The notes under the pieces: model-generated
Database searches by the model: none
What the model was told of the DNA's origin: nothing
Seen by the model: only the letters and a program-made list of their open reading frames with translations
Translations under genes and position numbers: made by a program
Assembly (NCBI GenBank): GCA_044892525.1
Contig: CM097888.1
Span: 38,130,001-38,194,000, forward strand
Origin: Schmidtea polychroa
Lineage: Eukaryota
Length of the DNA stretch: 64,000 bases
Direction of reading: 5' to 3'
Shown: piece after piece, positions 26,986 to 40,289 of the stretch
Layout: every line of letters begins with the position of its first letter
Numbering within the stretch: position 1 is the stretch's first letter

Positions 26986-27317
26986 GAAAATCCTTGAAAA
27001 TTTAGAAAGTGGAAATTCAAGTAATTTGAGTAATTTAATAGATGTAAGTTCTATTGTAAATCTTGGTGAAAAACCGAAAATATCCAACACAGATTCTATT
27101 ACTGATAGTATCAATTCTAAAAATATTAATTCTACTGCTCCTTCAATAATTCGAAATCTTCAAGCTAATCTCAATTCCGGTTCATCAATACCAACAACAT
27201 TTCTTTTGCAAACATCAAATTTAAATCAAAACTCACAAAATCTAGCGACATCAAGTGATCAAACGAGTAATTCTGAAAATTCGTCGAATTATATAACAAC
27301 AATACAAATATCGCAAA
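26986..27317 (+). CDS. CREB: CREB/ATF1-family factor, coding exon 3 (KID second half + S/N/Q-rich region)
   Basis: TTTCAG acceptor then G-AAA-ATC-CTT-GAA-AAT-TTA = (K)KILENL, equivalent to CREB (R)KILNDL at a phase-2 junction; ends in phase 1 at GTAAAT. Confidence 0.75.
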
Positions 27318-27708
27318 GTAAATCTTTTTTATTTTAAAAGTAATAAATATACTGTCAATATAATGGAAATAAACTGCAAATATGGAAATTTATTTTTTAT
27401 AGAAAAGTTGACTCAGTAATGAATAACTTAGCGTAGTGTAACTTGAGATTCAGGCAGTACAGAATTAAAAATCAATACAAATATACTATTTTATTATTAT
27501 AACATCGCTTTTATTGCAAATACAATAACACCATTCTTACTCAAGATTATGAGATATCACATTTAATGCAATTAATTAAATATGACACTTATAATCTTAT
27601 GAATCTTTAGATTACAAGGCATTTTCGGTATTTGCGGTACTTGTTAAAAATTGTCTTCCGGGAGGTTATTATAAAAAATTGATTATGAAATCATCTATTA
27701 ATCAATTA

Positions 27709-28149
27709 CAGGGTTTTCCTAAATGTTAATCATCTTCTTTATCAAAATGTTTAATCATTGAATTAAATAATTTTGCCATGAGATCAAAATTTTATAAGCC
27801 AATATTTGGGTCACAAAATATTACAGCTAACGTATTAAAAAACAATTTTTTAAAATGAAAAATATAAAATAATATTTTTTAAATGTAAAATTAAACTAAA
27901 AGTAGAAATTATAAATAATTCTAAATGTATTATAAATAAACTTCAACTTTATTTCATGCTATTTAGAGTAACAGCACAACTCATCACACGCTCAAAACGA
28001 GAAGTATTTAGTTTATATTATTTTATATTTTTCATTTTAAAAAATTATGTTTTTTATTACGATAGCTAATCTTTTGTGACCCAAATATTGGTCTTATAAA
28101 ATTTTGATCTAATTTTAATTTAATGATGAAACATTAAGGAAAAAACCTG
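27709..28149. mobile_element. Tc1/mariner-type MITE with long imperfect TIRs
   Basis: TA-CAGGGTTTTCCTAAATGT / ACATTAAGGAAAAAACCTG-TA, plus inverted internal block AGATCAAAATTTTATAAG(A)CCAATATTTGGGTCACAAAA. Confidence 0.75.
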
Positions 28150-28433
28150 TAAAATGACAAAAATATCCAAATGAGATATAAATATGGTTCAATTAAATGT
28201 TCTATGTTGAAGTAGTATTTACTTAGTCAATTTATATACAGTAAACTCCCGGTTAAGTACGCACATTGAATCAGAAGGTACTGTGCGTAATTAACCGGTA
28301 ATTAACCATAAATTTTAATCCCCCATGACTTCTTACATCTCTCCCATTTAGCACTAAAAATATGACGTAATATGGTAAATACTACACAAAAATGTAAGTA
28401 TGCGACTGATTCCTTTACACCTATCACTGGTTA

Positions 28434-30689
28434 GGGGTCATTGCATAATTACGTCACGCTTGAAGATGCGTGGGTGGGTTCCTTCAAAACGTGACGTGGG
28501 TGGGTGGGTGAGTTGAGCTGAACGTGACGTCACGCTGGTTGTATTTATTAGTTTATATTTTAATATAAATAAATCATTAAATTAGAATATTAAAGAAAAC
28601 TTTTTAATATTGGATGACTATAGACATGTTCAAGAAAAGTAAAGTTAACAAAATGCCAGATCTATACCAAGATCTAGTGAATACGTATGGTCTTGTACAT
28701 CTGGAGAAATCGAAGCACGATCAGATGAGAGAGGCGCAGGCTTTATGGAATGAATTAAAATCAGAACCATCTACATGTCAAAAGAAACTGAACGAGTTAA
28801 TAATGGTTGTAGCAAAACGAAAAGCAAAGAATCTGAGTTATTGGACAAACATTCCAGCAAAAAAACATTGCAGGAGTAAATGCCAACATATCATTCCTTG
28901 TATTAAAGCAACAGAAAGGTTTAGGTGATTCAGAAGCTGTAGGAAAGGAATTGAAGAACTTGGAGACTAGCAAAAAGAAAATCCAACAGGCTATTCGACT
29001 TAACCGTTCTCGAGCACAGAAATCTCGCTTGAAAAAAAAGAAAAATACCAAAAATTATATAAAGCTAGACGATAAAGCTCTTGGAATTGCAGCAGCAAGT
29101 AAAGAGCAGCCAATTATGATGAGTATAGAGTACCGAGTAAAATTGCCAGATCACTATTGGGTGGTAGCCGAGAAACATAAATTGCTGCCTTCCTAACTAT
29201 CAACGATGACATTGTTGGCGACAAGGCAACCGGGATATCGAACACTGGGCCAACTATATAGCAATCCGTCCAGGAAAGCATGATACATCAAATGCCTACA
29301 GTCATGGCACGGACATACGCCACATAGTTGATGATGAACGGTTTGAGAATGTTGTCAAAACACCATCCGGAAATGTTAAACCATTTTGGGTGTCACGGTC
29401 AGATGGAGGACCAGGCGAGAATGCACGGTATCCGAAAGTTATTGAAGAGGCGATTAATGTTTTTCTGGAATATGATCTTGACGTCTACATAGTTGTTATT
29501 ACTACAAGAGACTACAGTGCATATAATCCCTGTGAACGTAGAATGGCACCCCTATCCCATGACATTTGTGGGTTGGTTCTTGATCACGAACATTTTGGTT
29601 CATATATTGGTACAAGTGGAAAGATAATCGACAAAGAATTGGAAAAAAGGAATTTCTTTCACGCCATGAATGTCTTAAAACAGAGAGTAAAACAGTCATC
29701 GACAAAAATGCAGTGTATGCGGAGGCTATTCCAATATCAGAAGGCAATGAAACACTGTGAGTTTCCAGAGAAGTTGCAAACCTACTGTGGCGGTCGCAGC
29801 ACATAATGAGTTCAAAGTACATGCTTCAAGTGGTCAAATGTATCTTGTGGCAAACCATTTCGCTATCCTCAATTTCGAAAAATCTTCCCAAACAGGTTTT
29901 TACCATATCCTCGTGCTTTTGAGCACACTGAATTTGGGATTAATGCATTGCCTCCGAAGGATCCGATACCACCAGGTCGTCATTTTTGCCATCTGTCCGT
30001 TCTTCAAGATATTCACCCGGATGTTACGAATCAAACCAAACTCAGACAGCTATACCCATTTGATCTGTATCGTCCATCAATCTCCATTGTGGATTTGGAA
30101 AATAGACAATGTCAAGTCTGTGGCATGAATTTTCCAACTGTTGTTGCCAAGACAAGTCATTAATTTTTACTGAAGTAGTTGAAGAAGTAGCAGAAATCGC
30201 AGACACCAGCGACAGTTCAGATAAACACGTCTGTTATCCCGCTTGTGTGAACCGGAAACCGCTGTTTGAACTGTTTGGATCTTTTTTAGTTTTACCTTAG
30301 GAATAACGTGGTAATTCTCCATGGATTCCTGACCTCGAAGAAACAGTTGATTAAATTAATTTTACTTGGTCCACTGTTATGATTTTTAAACATATTGAAA
30401 CGGATTCTTGCTTAATTTAAGCATCTTAATTAGAGTGCTTGAAACAATTTTAAAATCCGTATATAAATTTCATTTTACTTGTTTGAAGCATTAAATTGTT
30501 TTTAAACTGTTACAACTGTCTGTAAATTTGTAATTGGCATTGTATTAGTGTACCATTGGGCTACCCCCATTTCGTGAACAATAAAATGACATCACGATTG
30601 GGGGGAAGGGTGGGTTTCTAGGGAAATGTGACCAAGCGTGACATCCAAAAATGGTCATTTTTGGCGTGACGTAATTATGCAATGACCCC
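28434..30689 (+). mobile_element. Zator-like DNA transposon with degraded transposase
   Basis: Perfect 26-bp TIR GGGGTCATTGCATAATTACGTCACGC; 3-bp TSD TTA; frameshifted transposase with DDKA.GIAAA, LPDHYW, GPT.IAIRSGKH, SDGGPGENARYPKVI, SAYNPCERRMAPLS. Element is clear; family name is from recalled motifs and the TWA TSD. Confidence 0.8.
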
Positions 30690-30825
30690 TTACATCTTGT
30701 CTGCACATAATTATCATTGTTAACGGAAGTGAATCATCTCAACGAAAGTTTACACACGTCATACATACTACTTTCATAACTTTATTAGTAATTCGAAAAT
30801 CCCTTTATAGATGAAACGTCTAAAT

Positions 30826-31084
30826 CAGGGATTCTTAACCTTTTCAAACTTATGCCCATAAATATATAATTGGTACCGACGGACCCCTGAAATGTTAAAA
30901 AAATCAATAAATCAATAAAAAAAATCAATAAATAAATAAAACACATACATTTTTTAATAATTATTTATAAATCTGTTTATTCAGCTTCAACAAAATAATA
31001 GTTTTTTGTAAATAGTGTCGCGGACCACTTGGAACCCGTTCGCGGACCCCCTGGGGTCCATGGACCCTAGGTTAAGAACCACTG
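30826..31084. mobile_element. hAT (Charlie-like) MITE
   Basis: CAGGG...TTCTTAACC / GGTTAAGAACCACTG ends; exact 8-bp TSD GTCTAAAT. Confidence 0.92.
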
Positions 31085-32473
31085 GTCTAAATGAAGCAGA
31101 GTGAAATGAAATTATTTTTAAGCTCAGTACAAGAAAACCTCCAAGCAAACGATCTCTAGCAAGAAATTATGGTGTTAGTGAAGGTGCTATCAGAAAAATT
31201 TGGCTAAACAAAGATAATATACAAATGATGTCTGAAAATACTAAAAGGAAAAATACTGAAGAATACATTCAAGAAATTCTCAAAGATGTAGACGATCTTT
31301 TGAAAAATGTGGAAGAAGTACCAGATAAAAGGCCTCTATCGGACGATTCCGATTTGGAAAACAGCGAGTGTCTAGTAAAATTTGCAGGCTTTGACAACTT
31401 GTATGAAATGGCAATAAACATAGAAAATCAGCTATTATGTACAGATGTTTGATATTCAGCTGGTGGTGATTGCAACGATCTTCTATGCTTTTTTGAAACT
31501 TTCAAAAAAAAATTATGAAAATAGCATCGATTTCAAAAAATAAAAACAAAAAAATATGCAGTTGACACTAAATGATGTTTCTAAATAAAAATTCTTAAAA
31601 GTGTAAATCTGTCTTTTTTTCTTTTTATTTAATAGTTAATTTTTATCTTATCTGTTTTCCATTTTATAAAATAATTTTGCTTAGGTTTCTTTAATTTTTT
31701 GCATAATAAATATTGATCCAGGTTTTTTATATTTTTTATGCGTACTTAGCCGGGATGCGTACCACATTTTTTATGTACTGTATAACATTTAGTCAAAGTA
31801 GTTCACTAAACTTTATAATTTATGAATGTTTATTATAAAATTGCAATTTCATATTTTTCGATGGAATGCTGAGTATTTGGCGTTTTTGTATGAAAATATC
31901 AATTTTTATGAAATTTATTGGAAATAATTGGAAACATTAACAATTTTGAAAATGAAGCCTTAAAAAGTTATTTAGTTATTTTAATAATTTGTTAGTTTAG
32001 TTTGATTTCATAAACATTTTTTTCTATTGAATGGGAAATTTATTTATTTAAAATTTATTTAAACTCATTATTGATTTGGGAAAATACCTTATTTACGAAA
32101 TCTTTGATATTGTAAAGATTTATTGAAAAAATTATCAACTAGAAAAATTATTCTAACCATCTAGAATTTGTTAAATGCTGGAAAATATGTAATAAATTTT
32201 GTATAGGAAACAACACCTCTAACATACTAGGGTTTTGTTGACTCATAAATTTCCCACTGCCTGACTTTTCTAGCTTGACACTTATTAAATTCGATTCAAA
32301 AGAAAGCCATTGGCTTAACTGTATTGAACATTAAATAATAAATTGTTTTAAATTAGGCCTAATTTTTTAAACTTAAACTTGTAAAAATAGTTTGGACTTA
32401 ATTATTTAACATATATTAAAATTACTTTAATTTTAAAGTAAACTTATTTTTAACATTTTTTTAAAAATTTAAG

Positions 32474-32607
32474 ACAATTCTAATCTATCTACTCTGGCAT
32501 TTAATCAGCCCCAAGCACTGTTACATTATTCAAAGCAAAATCAAGATTCTCAAAATACAGTTTTGATACCAATATCACTTCAAAATTCTAATCAATATAC
32601 TCAACAA
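32474..32607 (+). CDS. CREB: CREB/ATF1-family factor, coding exon 4 (Q2-like)
   Basis: Phase 1 in, phase 0 out; QPQALLHYSKQNQDSQNTVLIP resembles CREB TILQYAQTTDGQQILVP. Confidence 0.7.
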
Positions 32608-32693
32608 GTAATGCAAATTAAAATTATATATTTATGTTTAAAAATATGAAAGGAAATCTTAATTTAAAAACAATGTTAAAATAAATAAATCTA

Positions 32694-32741
<48 letters not shown>
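32694..32741. repeat. (TAA)n microsatellite followed by short (TTG)n
   Basis: Direct reading. Confidence 0.95.
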
Positions 32742-32754
32742 TGTTGTTGTTTGA

Positions 32755-33720
32755 GAATCTTGAGCATGTAAGGCCTTTCTTAGATTATATGAATGATTTG
32801 CATATGAAGATAAGATTTACGTGTGAAGAAAATATGTCTATGATACCGTTTTTGGATATACTTAGTCAATGGAAGGGAAAAAAGACTATGAAACTGAAAT
32901 ATACAGAAAAGTGACTGATATTGGTCTTTATACTACTCCTAAGAGCCTTTGTGAATATAAATACAAAGCGAAATATGGCGAGAGGAATAGTTTTTCGTAT
33001 ATGGTCTCTATCATTCATGTTTATCAATTCAGTGAAACGTATTGATTCTCTGATTGTGTTGCTTCTTAAAAATGGATATTCTAATTTTTTTCTTGAGCGC
33101 ATGAAAATTAATAAGACCGTTGATAAATCGATGTTGAATACTCATGATCCTTGCACAGGTTTATCTGTAAGTAATGATACTATTTTGATGTTTAAGTTAA
33201 TATGCTGTAAAGTGTGGAAGGTGAAAAAATTCGATTTAAGCACACCGATCAAAAATATGTGTTATTCTGAAGGTTTCAGAGAATTCAAGAATAAGATCCT
33301 TAAACATGTAGATAAGACTATATTTAGGATAGTTTCAACGTTTTGCAAGGTTTTTAGTATGTTCACTAATAAGTCTCAAACTCCAGTTGGTCTGTCTTCA
33401 GAACTCATGTATCAATTTTCATGTAATGAGTGTAATGTCACATACATTAGAGAGACTGCCCGTCATCTCTGCACTCGAGTTCTTGAACATTGCCGACGGA
33501 ATGGATTGACTCACATTAGTGATCATTTAAATAGTGTACTAGTAAAAAAATAAGTATTGCTGATTTTAAGATCTTGTTGAAGAGTTTGAGTAATTACTAG
33601 GAACAAGTAGCCTTCTACAGTAGGACAATATTCATTTAAAAACTAAATATGAAATCATTTAAGTAAAAATACATGTGTACTAAATAATTATAATAATGAT
33701 CAGAATTCGACAAATCCATT
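32755..33720 (+). pseudogene. 5'-truncated Penelope-like element (RT C-terminus + GIY-YIG endonuclease)
   Basis: FLDYMNDLHMKIRFTCEE...IPFLD, EIYRK.TD.GLY, and MYQFSCNECNVTYIRETARHLCTRVLEH; frameshifted. Confidence 0.85.
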
Positions 33721-34500
33721 TTCCCGTTACTGTTGGTCACCAGAGTTTTTCAACTGGTCAGTAATTAATTTGAGTATTAAGAAAATAAAATGATTCTTAT
33801 TAAATTATTGTTCTGTATCAAAATCACACTTTGAATTCAACAATAATTAAATTTAAATTAACTCTTGTATAAAAATAAATGATAATATATTTATCTGGTC
33901 TTAAAAAAATTTACCAATCGCTCATTCCTCTTTATGTTTGGAAAGTAAATTGTTTGACGATTTGTTCAGCCTTCATAATAATAATTAATAAATGTGGAAG
34001 TAAAGAAATGAATTTTACTTTTTTTAAACTATTTACTAAAATTTATTTTTGTCTAGCAAATTCTATTTATTATGTATTTCAGAGTTATGGACGGTTATGG
34101 AAAAATTTCATTGTTTCCAGTACAAATTTTGATTAAATTTAATAAATAACTTATCTGTAATATTTTATATTTAGTGCTGAAATCCTAATTATTTATAAAT
34201 TTTTGTATATAAATTTTGCAAACATTTTTTATCATATTTGAAATTTGGATTTAAAATCTTAATAAAAAATGAATTATTTTTTGAATTGAATTTTGATTTT
34301 TAATAAATTAATCACAATTTTCAAGTGAGTATATGTATTAATTGATTTGATTCATCACAATAATATTATTAGTTGAATAATTGATTTTTCAATGAACAAT
34401 TGCATTTAAAGGCGTGATTGATTCTATTTAATACTATTTAAAATACTATTGTGTTTTAATAAATGAATGATTAAAAGTAAGTATCATCTCACGATTTTAG

Positions 34501-34793
34501 CAAATAATCGTTGCTGCTGGAGGTTATAATCACAATTGTGGAGAAAGTGTTAACAATACTATATCATCTAATTCCAATCATTCTGAATCTTTAAATGTCA
34601 CATCCTTAGCGAAGTTAATTTCTAGTAATTGTAGTAATCCTCTTTCAATCAGTTTAAATAATCTTCCAAATAAATCAAATTCATCGTGTTCAGAAGTATC
34701 TCCTAATTCTAAATTGACAAACAAATCAAAGTCAGGATTAATGAATAACGAAGAGTTTGGCAAGCGTAAAGAAATTAGATTGTTGAAAAATAG
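34501..34793 (+). CDS. CREB: CREB/ATF1-family factor, coding exon 5 (start of basic region)
   Basis: Open frame ending EEFGKRKEIRLLKN + AG|GTAAAT, equivalent to CREB EEAARKREVRLMKNR at a phase-2 intron. Confidence 0.85.
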
Positions 34794-37700
34794 GTAAATT
34801 TATTATTAATTAATTTAAATTTAAAATTAGAAAGTTTTGTGATATATTTTTTATTTTAAATTAAATATTTCTTATATTTTATTGGAAAACTTTCAATTTT
34901 AAAATAAGTTTTCTAGGACAAATTATTTTAAACAGATTTTTACGTTCTTTTTGAATATTGCTAACTATTCTAGTAAATTTAAACCTATTACACATTTGGT
35001 TGAAGCTTATGTCCATTAGTTTTTTTTCAATTGCATTTTTTGCTGCTATTTAGTCTGTTTGGCGAGAAATTGGAAAGCAAATTCTTTATTCTACAAGAAA
35101 GTTTGTCATCGTCTTATTCAAGAGCTTAACACTATTTAAATAGTATCCCTAACAATATTCAGTTTAGCCGAAATTCATTACACAGTACATCTCATTCTGT
35201 TTTTACACGAATTTAAAAAGAATTTTTTTCCTCTTTTTACCCGAATTGATTTGTTTTAACACGATTTTCAATATTCTATGAATTTTTTTTTATTTTCATT
35301 TTTCACAAATTATATATGCATGCATTTTAACTTCGTATTATATTCTTCAGAATTCAGTAATATTATGTCGATTATATGAGTATGTTTTCTCTTTGGGTGG
35401 GATTCCTCGAAATTCACCAGTATTTACAAGTTTTTAAAATTAACAAATTTACAGGTAAAAGTAAAACAAACTTTTAATTAACATCAATAAAAAAATGATT
35501 TATTTATAAAGCATTATAAATCAAAAAAATACGATATTCCTTGATCAACAAAAAATGAATTTAATAGTTCACTACTGATCATAAAAAGTAACAATTAATT
35601 ATCAACCTTCCAATTTATTCAGATATCCCAATCAAATTATTTGTTAGTTATTTCTTGGATCCATAATTGATTTGTGTAGTGGTTGGATAACAAATCTATT
35701 CGGGTTCATATTATTGTTAGGATTTATTACATATTTCGCGAATTATAAGCATATGGAATATCTTTGAAAATACGGAACCATTTCAACAGCTTGGCTCAAT
35801 TGGAGAGATTTTGGGAATATACATGTTCATGAATTCCAATGCCAGATTCTACACTACTTGGCTAAATTACTTCTAAAATAAATTTACTTTGCAGAACTAA
35901 ATTTGACTGTGTCTTTCCCATATAAAATTGTGGTGATTGCGAACGATAATGGATGAAGATGTTGGTATATGAGAGCCAACACTAAAACTATTAGGAGCCG
36001 AATACAGTTAATCTTGATAATAATAACATGGCATCGAATTGGTTTTACTCATCTGAGATTGATTAATAGAGACTGATTAATAAGAAGTATTAGCTGATCC
36101 AGCAATACTATTTTTCCATTCAGCCAATATCTTTTTTTACACGATTTTTTTTTTAGGAACGTATCAATTGTCTAAAAACAATTAGGTGTAATTATAATTA
36201 TAGAAATCCGTTGGGTAACATAAAAATGTGTCCATGAATAAAAACTCCATGGAAAAGTCCACTGAAAAAAATGCTCAATTACAAATGTCTTTATTGAATG
36301 TGACATAAAAATTCATACTAAAAATGTAATGTAACCTAATAATACTAGCTGAACCATTTGTTCAAAAGGGCACAAGTAAATAGCCACAAGAATCCTAATA
36401 ATCCCATAATAATCCTCATAATAATTGGGAACTGGGTATCTGTATTTTTTGCACCTTCTGCATATGTTGAAAAAATTAAAGATTAACATGTTCATGCTGT
36501 CGCGGATTTTCATGCTGCGTATCATCTGGCGGAGCAGTTTGTGTTATTAAACAAAAGTTATGTTTATAATAAGTTATTAATTATAATTGTAATTAAAAAT
36601 AATGTTTTTGATGATTATACGTTAAAATTTCTAGTGATAGGTCTAATAACACAATGAAATACGTCCCACCAGTGGTACGCGCCGCCCAATAGGACAGGTT
36701 AGTGCGGGCCACAGGTGATCGGCGCCGGTGTGAACGTGTTAAGATACATAATAGTTACATTATAACTATTTTCTGCTGGATGTGACAAGTGATGAAAAAT
36801 ATTTCCACATAGATTGAATAAATGTTAATAAAATTTTGTATCTATATTAATTTCATATCAAATCTTCAATGCTATATTGTTGAAACTTTGACATAAATGA
36901 AGGTGAAAATTGACAATTCTTGTGGCACTCATTAAATCTCCTGAAGGTCTACTTATTCTTTTTTGAAGTGAAAATCAATAACTTTATTATTTTAAACATT
37001 TTATTGTATATAAACAAATACTTTACCGTAAAAACAAAATGCATTATAAGTATGAGTTTCCTATTTGGTCATGTTAAAAGAAACATGTTTGGAACTTTCA
37101 CAAATATATCATCTTCACAATTTGTTTTTCCTTTCAAGCAAACGTTCTTCATCATCTAAATTTGGAATTCTTTCTTGATTATATTCACATGAATCGTGAA
37201 TATTACAATTTATTGTTGTATATAACTGGGCGATCTTTTCACAATAGATGATTTTTTGGTTACGAGTCAGTACCTCGTTACTTAACTTTGACAAAATATT
37301 TCATGATGATTGGCGTCTGCTTTTTGAGGAAAAGAATCATGGCAATATTTAATTGGTTGCTGTACTATGTTTCCATCTTTAGACTTCATATTTAAGTGAT
37401 GATGTGATGTTGTCTGTTTCTCCAAATTAGTTCTCCTTTTTTCGAAAAAACATATAAAATTGAAGTTAGTTAACAATTCATGATCTTTCTGAGTTCTTGA
37501 AAATTCCATTTTTTAGATTGAAAAATCTAGATTGTAAAATTGTAAAATTAAACACATTTTAAAGAGCATTATAAAATATTTAAATATTTTTCAAGTTTTT
37601 TTAGATCGATAAAAATAATTATTTATTTTTAATTTACAAAAACAATGATTCGATAAAAAAAATTCTGTAACTTTCCTTGTCGGAATTACCATAAGTTCAT

Positions 37701-38489
37701 TTTGCGTTTGAACATTTTTCCGCATATGCATGCAATTATGAATATTCTATTTCTCATACGATTTGTTTCACCAATAAATTAATATCAAATTGTGTAACAT
37801 TTTAACTTTAAGAACGACTTGAATAATAAGGTATGCGATAAAAAATTCGGATGATTTTAATCGCCATTGACAATTAAATTATTATGTTACTTTTTATATT
37901 TTTTAGTTAGAAAATTATGAAAATAAAATGTATGAACATTTTAAAATCAAAAATCAATTCTTTAAAGTGGTTTTCAAAGTGATCCAAATACAGTCAAGTT
38001 TCTATAAATAAAAGTCGCAGCGGACAAAATATTATTTTAATTTATAGAATATTTTATAAATAAAACGTGTAAATCTTTTAATAATAAAGTTAATTGCAAA
38101 AATTTTTAATTTAGTGTTAGTTATTAAAAATTGGTACTGAATGTAATTGGATGGATTATTGTCATTGACATTATTCTCTGGAATATTGTCTGTAACTAAA
38201 TTAGCAATGATATCATCATCTTTCATTATATCCGTTATTACAATACTATCTTATATATTAACTTAGAAAATCTTCCAAAAAATCTTAAAACACTTTACAT
38301 CATATTACCATATTTCCCCGAAAATATGACACTGTATTATTTCAAATTTTGAACAAAGAATCAAATTAGGTCTTATTTTAATTGTCCATATTTTCTAAAT
38401 AAATATACTTTCATTCCAAGTTCTCATTTATTCAAATATAGTCATGTCATCTAATTCTCCCACATCGTCCCCATTATTATTCTTTCTCG

Positions 38490-39000
38490 TCACTGATTAA
38501 ATTATCTGGAATTCTAATGCTTGTAACACCATTGGGTCAAATTTCTCATGTTTGGCAATGTGACAATCTCTGAATGAATATTTTTTATCCAGATATCCCG
38601 CTCGTAATGGGTTACCAACGCTATCATCCGTGATCCCAACCCAGGATACAACTTCGTGTATGTCTGGCTTGACATAATTCCCACTTTGATTCCGAACCAT
38701 TCTCTTCTCGATATAATCATTTATTGCTGCTCGTAGATAATCTGAATTGTTTATTTATTGCAATGTCAAGTGTTTGAAGGTATGCTGTCATTCCGGCGGG
38801 TATCATGGTCTGATCAATTCTTCTTTCTGCAAGAAAGTTTTTAATGTCTTGTGCATGGTGGGTGCTGGCCGAATCCCATACAAGCATGTTTCTTTTCCCG
38901 GATCTCAAGACAATTGGTAGCATTAAATCTGTCCACCTCTCTATAACTGTCTGCTTACACCATGCCTTTTCCGATTCAAGCACGTATATTCCAAAAATGA
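38490..39000 (-). pseudogene. pogo-family DDE_1 transposase fragment
   Basis: MLVWDSASTH, IPAGMTAYLQTLDIAINKQF, then a frameshift to DYLRAAIND...KP...VVSWV. A TA-CAGT end is present at 37989. Confidence 0.85.
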
Positions 39001-39691
39001 TATCATGTTTTAATTTTCAAGATTTTTTTCTGACTGGACATTTTGATAAATATTATTTTAAACATTTTGAGTAAAAACATATTTTGATTTAAAGAAAGTT
39101 GGCTGTATTTGTTTTTACATTAGTATGTTTCAAAATACGGAAAATAAGAATTTAGATTTGTTTTAAGATTGGTTTGGTTCTGTATGGAACTCTGTTAGAG
39201 ATAGATATATAGTTTTTTTGCAATAGATTGTATACCTTTATGTATATAACTCATTTTGTATATGCATATATTTTTATTTCAGTAACTTATTATTTGTTTG
39301 ATCTCTTAAATTAATAACATCCATTTAAAATACAAAATTTTATTTATCTCAAACTCACTAATATATAAACAGTTTTCGTATTTATTTTCTTTTTTTAAAA
39401 AGTTTTAACAATTATTTGTTAATATTTTTAGAGTAATATTCTAGCGAGCAATTGAATTAGGAATATTTTATCTTTTATAATTTCAAACATTCTAAAATTT
39501 AAATTTTAACTTATTTTTTATGTTATAAATTTATTATAATTTTCTTGTTTTCACGGTTTCCAAATAATTTCATGAATATTCATTTTTATTTATTTATTAT
39601 CCTTTATAATTGAAAATCCAGAGAATATATAAAGCATTTTTATTGAAATGATTTGACAAAGAGTATTTAAGATTCTTTATACATTTCTTAG

Positions 39692-40289
39692 AGAAGCAGC
39701 AAGAGAGTGTCGACGAAAAAAGAAAGAATATGTAAAATGTTTGGAAAACAGAGTCGCAAACCTGGAACAGCAAAATAAAGTATTAGTCGACGAAATAAAT
39801 AGAATGAAAGAAATTTATTCAAAAAAATCAAAACCTACCTTGCACCTTTTAAATTCCGATATGACCAGTAAATTTATGGATGTTTATTCTTCTGATAATG
39901 CAATGAAAGAAGATATTTTTGATTCTGCAACTGAAGAAAATAGTCAAATATCGTCGATAGATAAATCATATTCTATGACTATTGGAAATGCACAAACTAG
40001 CACATCGGATGTTAATAATTTCAATATTTCTAAATCAAAATTGAATCCAACGCATCTTGATAATTCTCGTGTAGTGTTAAATGCTTCAAATTTGTCAACA
40101 GATAAAGATGGCCATAATTTATTTTTAAAATTGAAAAAAGAAAATACTTCTGCTTTGTCACTATTACTGTCAGGAGATCATAAGCAGTATGGTCAACAAG
40201 TATTTGAATCTAATTCAATTATATTCCCAGATAGCTTGCACGAAGCCAGTCCTAATGACTATAATAATTCTCGAAACAATTGTGATTGA
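39692..40289 (+). CDS. CREB: CREB/ATF1-family factor, last coding exon (bZIP + long C-terminal extension)
   Basis: TTAG acceptor then (R)EAARECRRKKKEYVKCLENRVANLEQQNKVLVDEI, a near-exact CREB/CREM/ATF1 bZIP. Joined CDS of six exons is 1530 nt (509 aa). Confidence 0.93.

Larger units (their letters stand above)
28239..31780 (+). mobile_element. pogo/Tigger-like element, internally deleted, carrying two nested insertions
   Basis: TA-CAGTA...TACTG-TA ends with inverted TCCCGG(T/C)TAAGTACGCA subterminal motif. Removing the hAT MITE restores MKRLNEAE*NEIIFKLS...RSLARNYGVSEGAIRKIW (CENP-B-type HTH). Confidence 0.8.
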
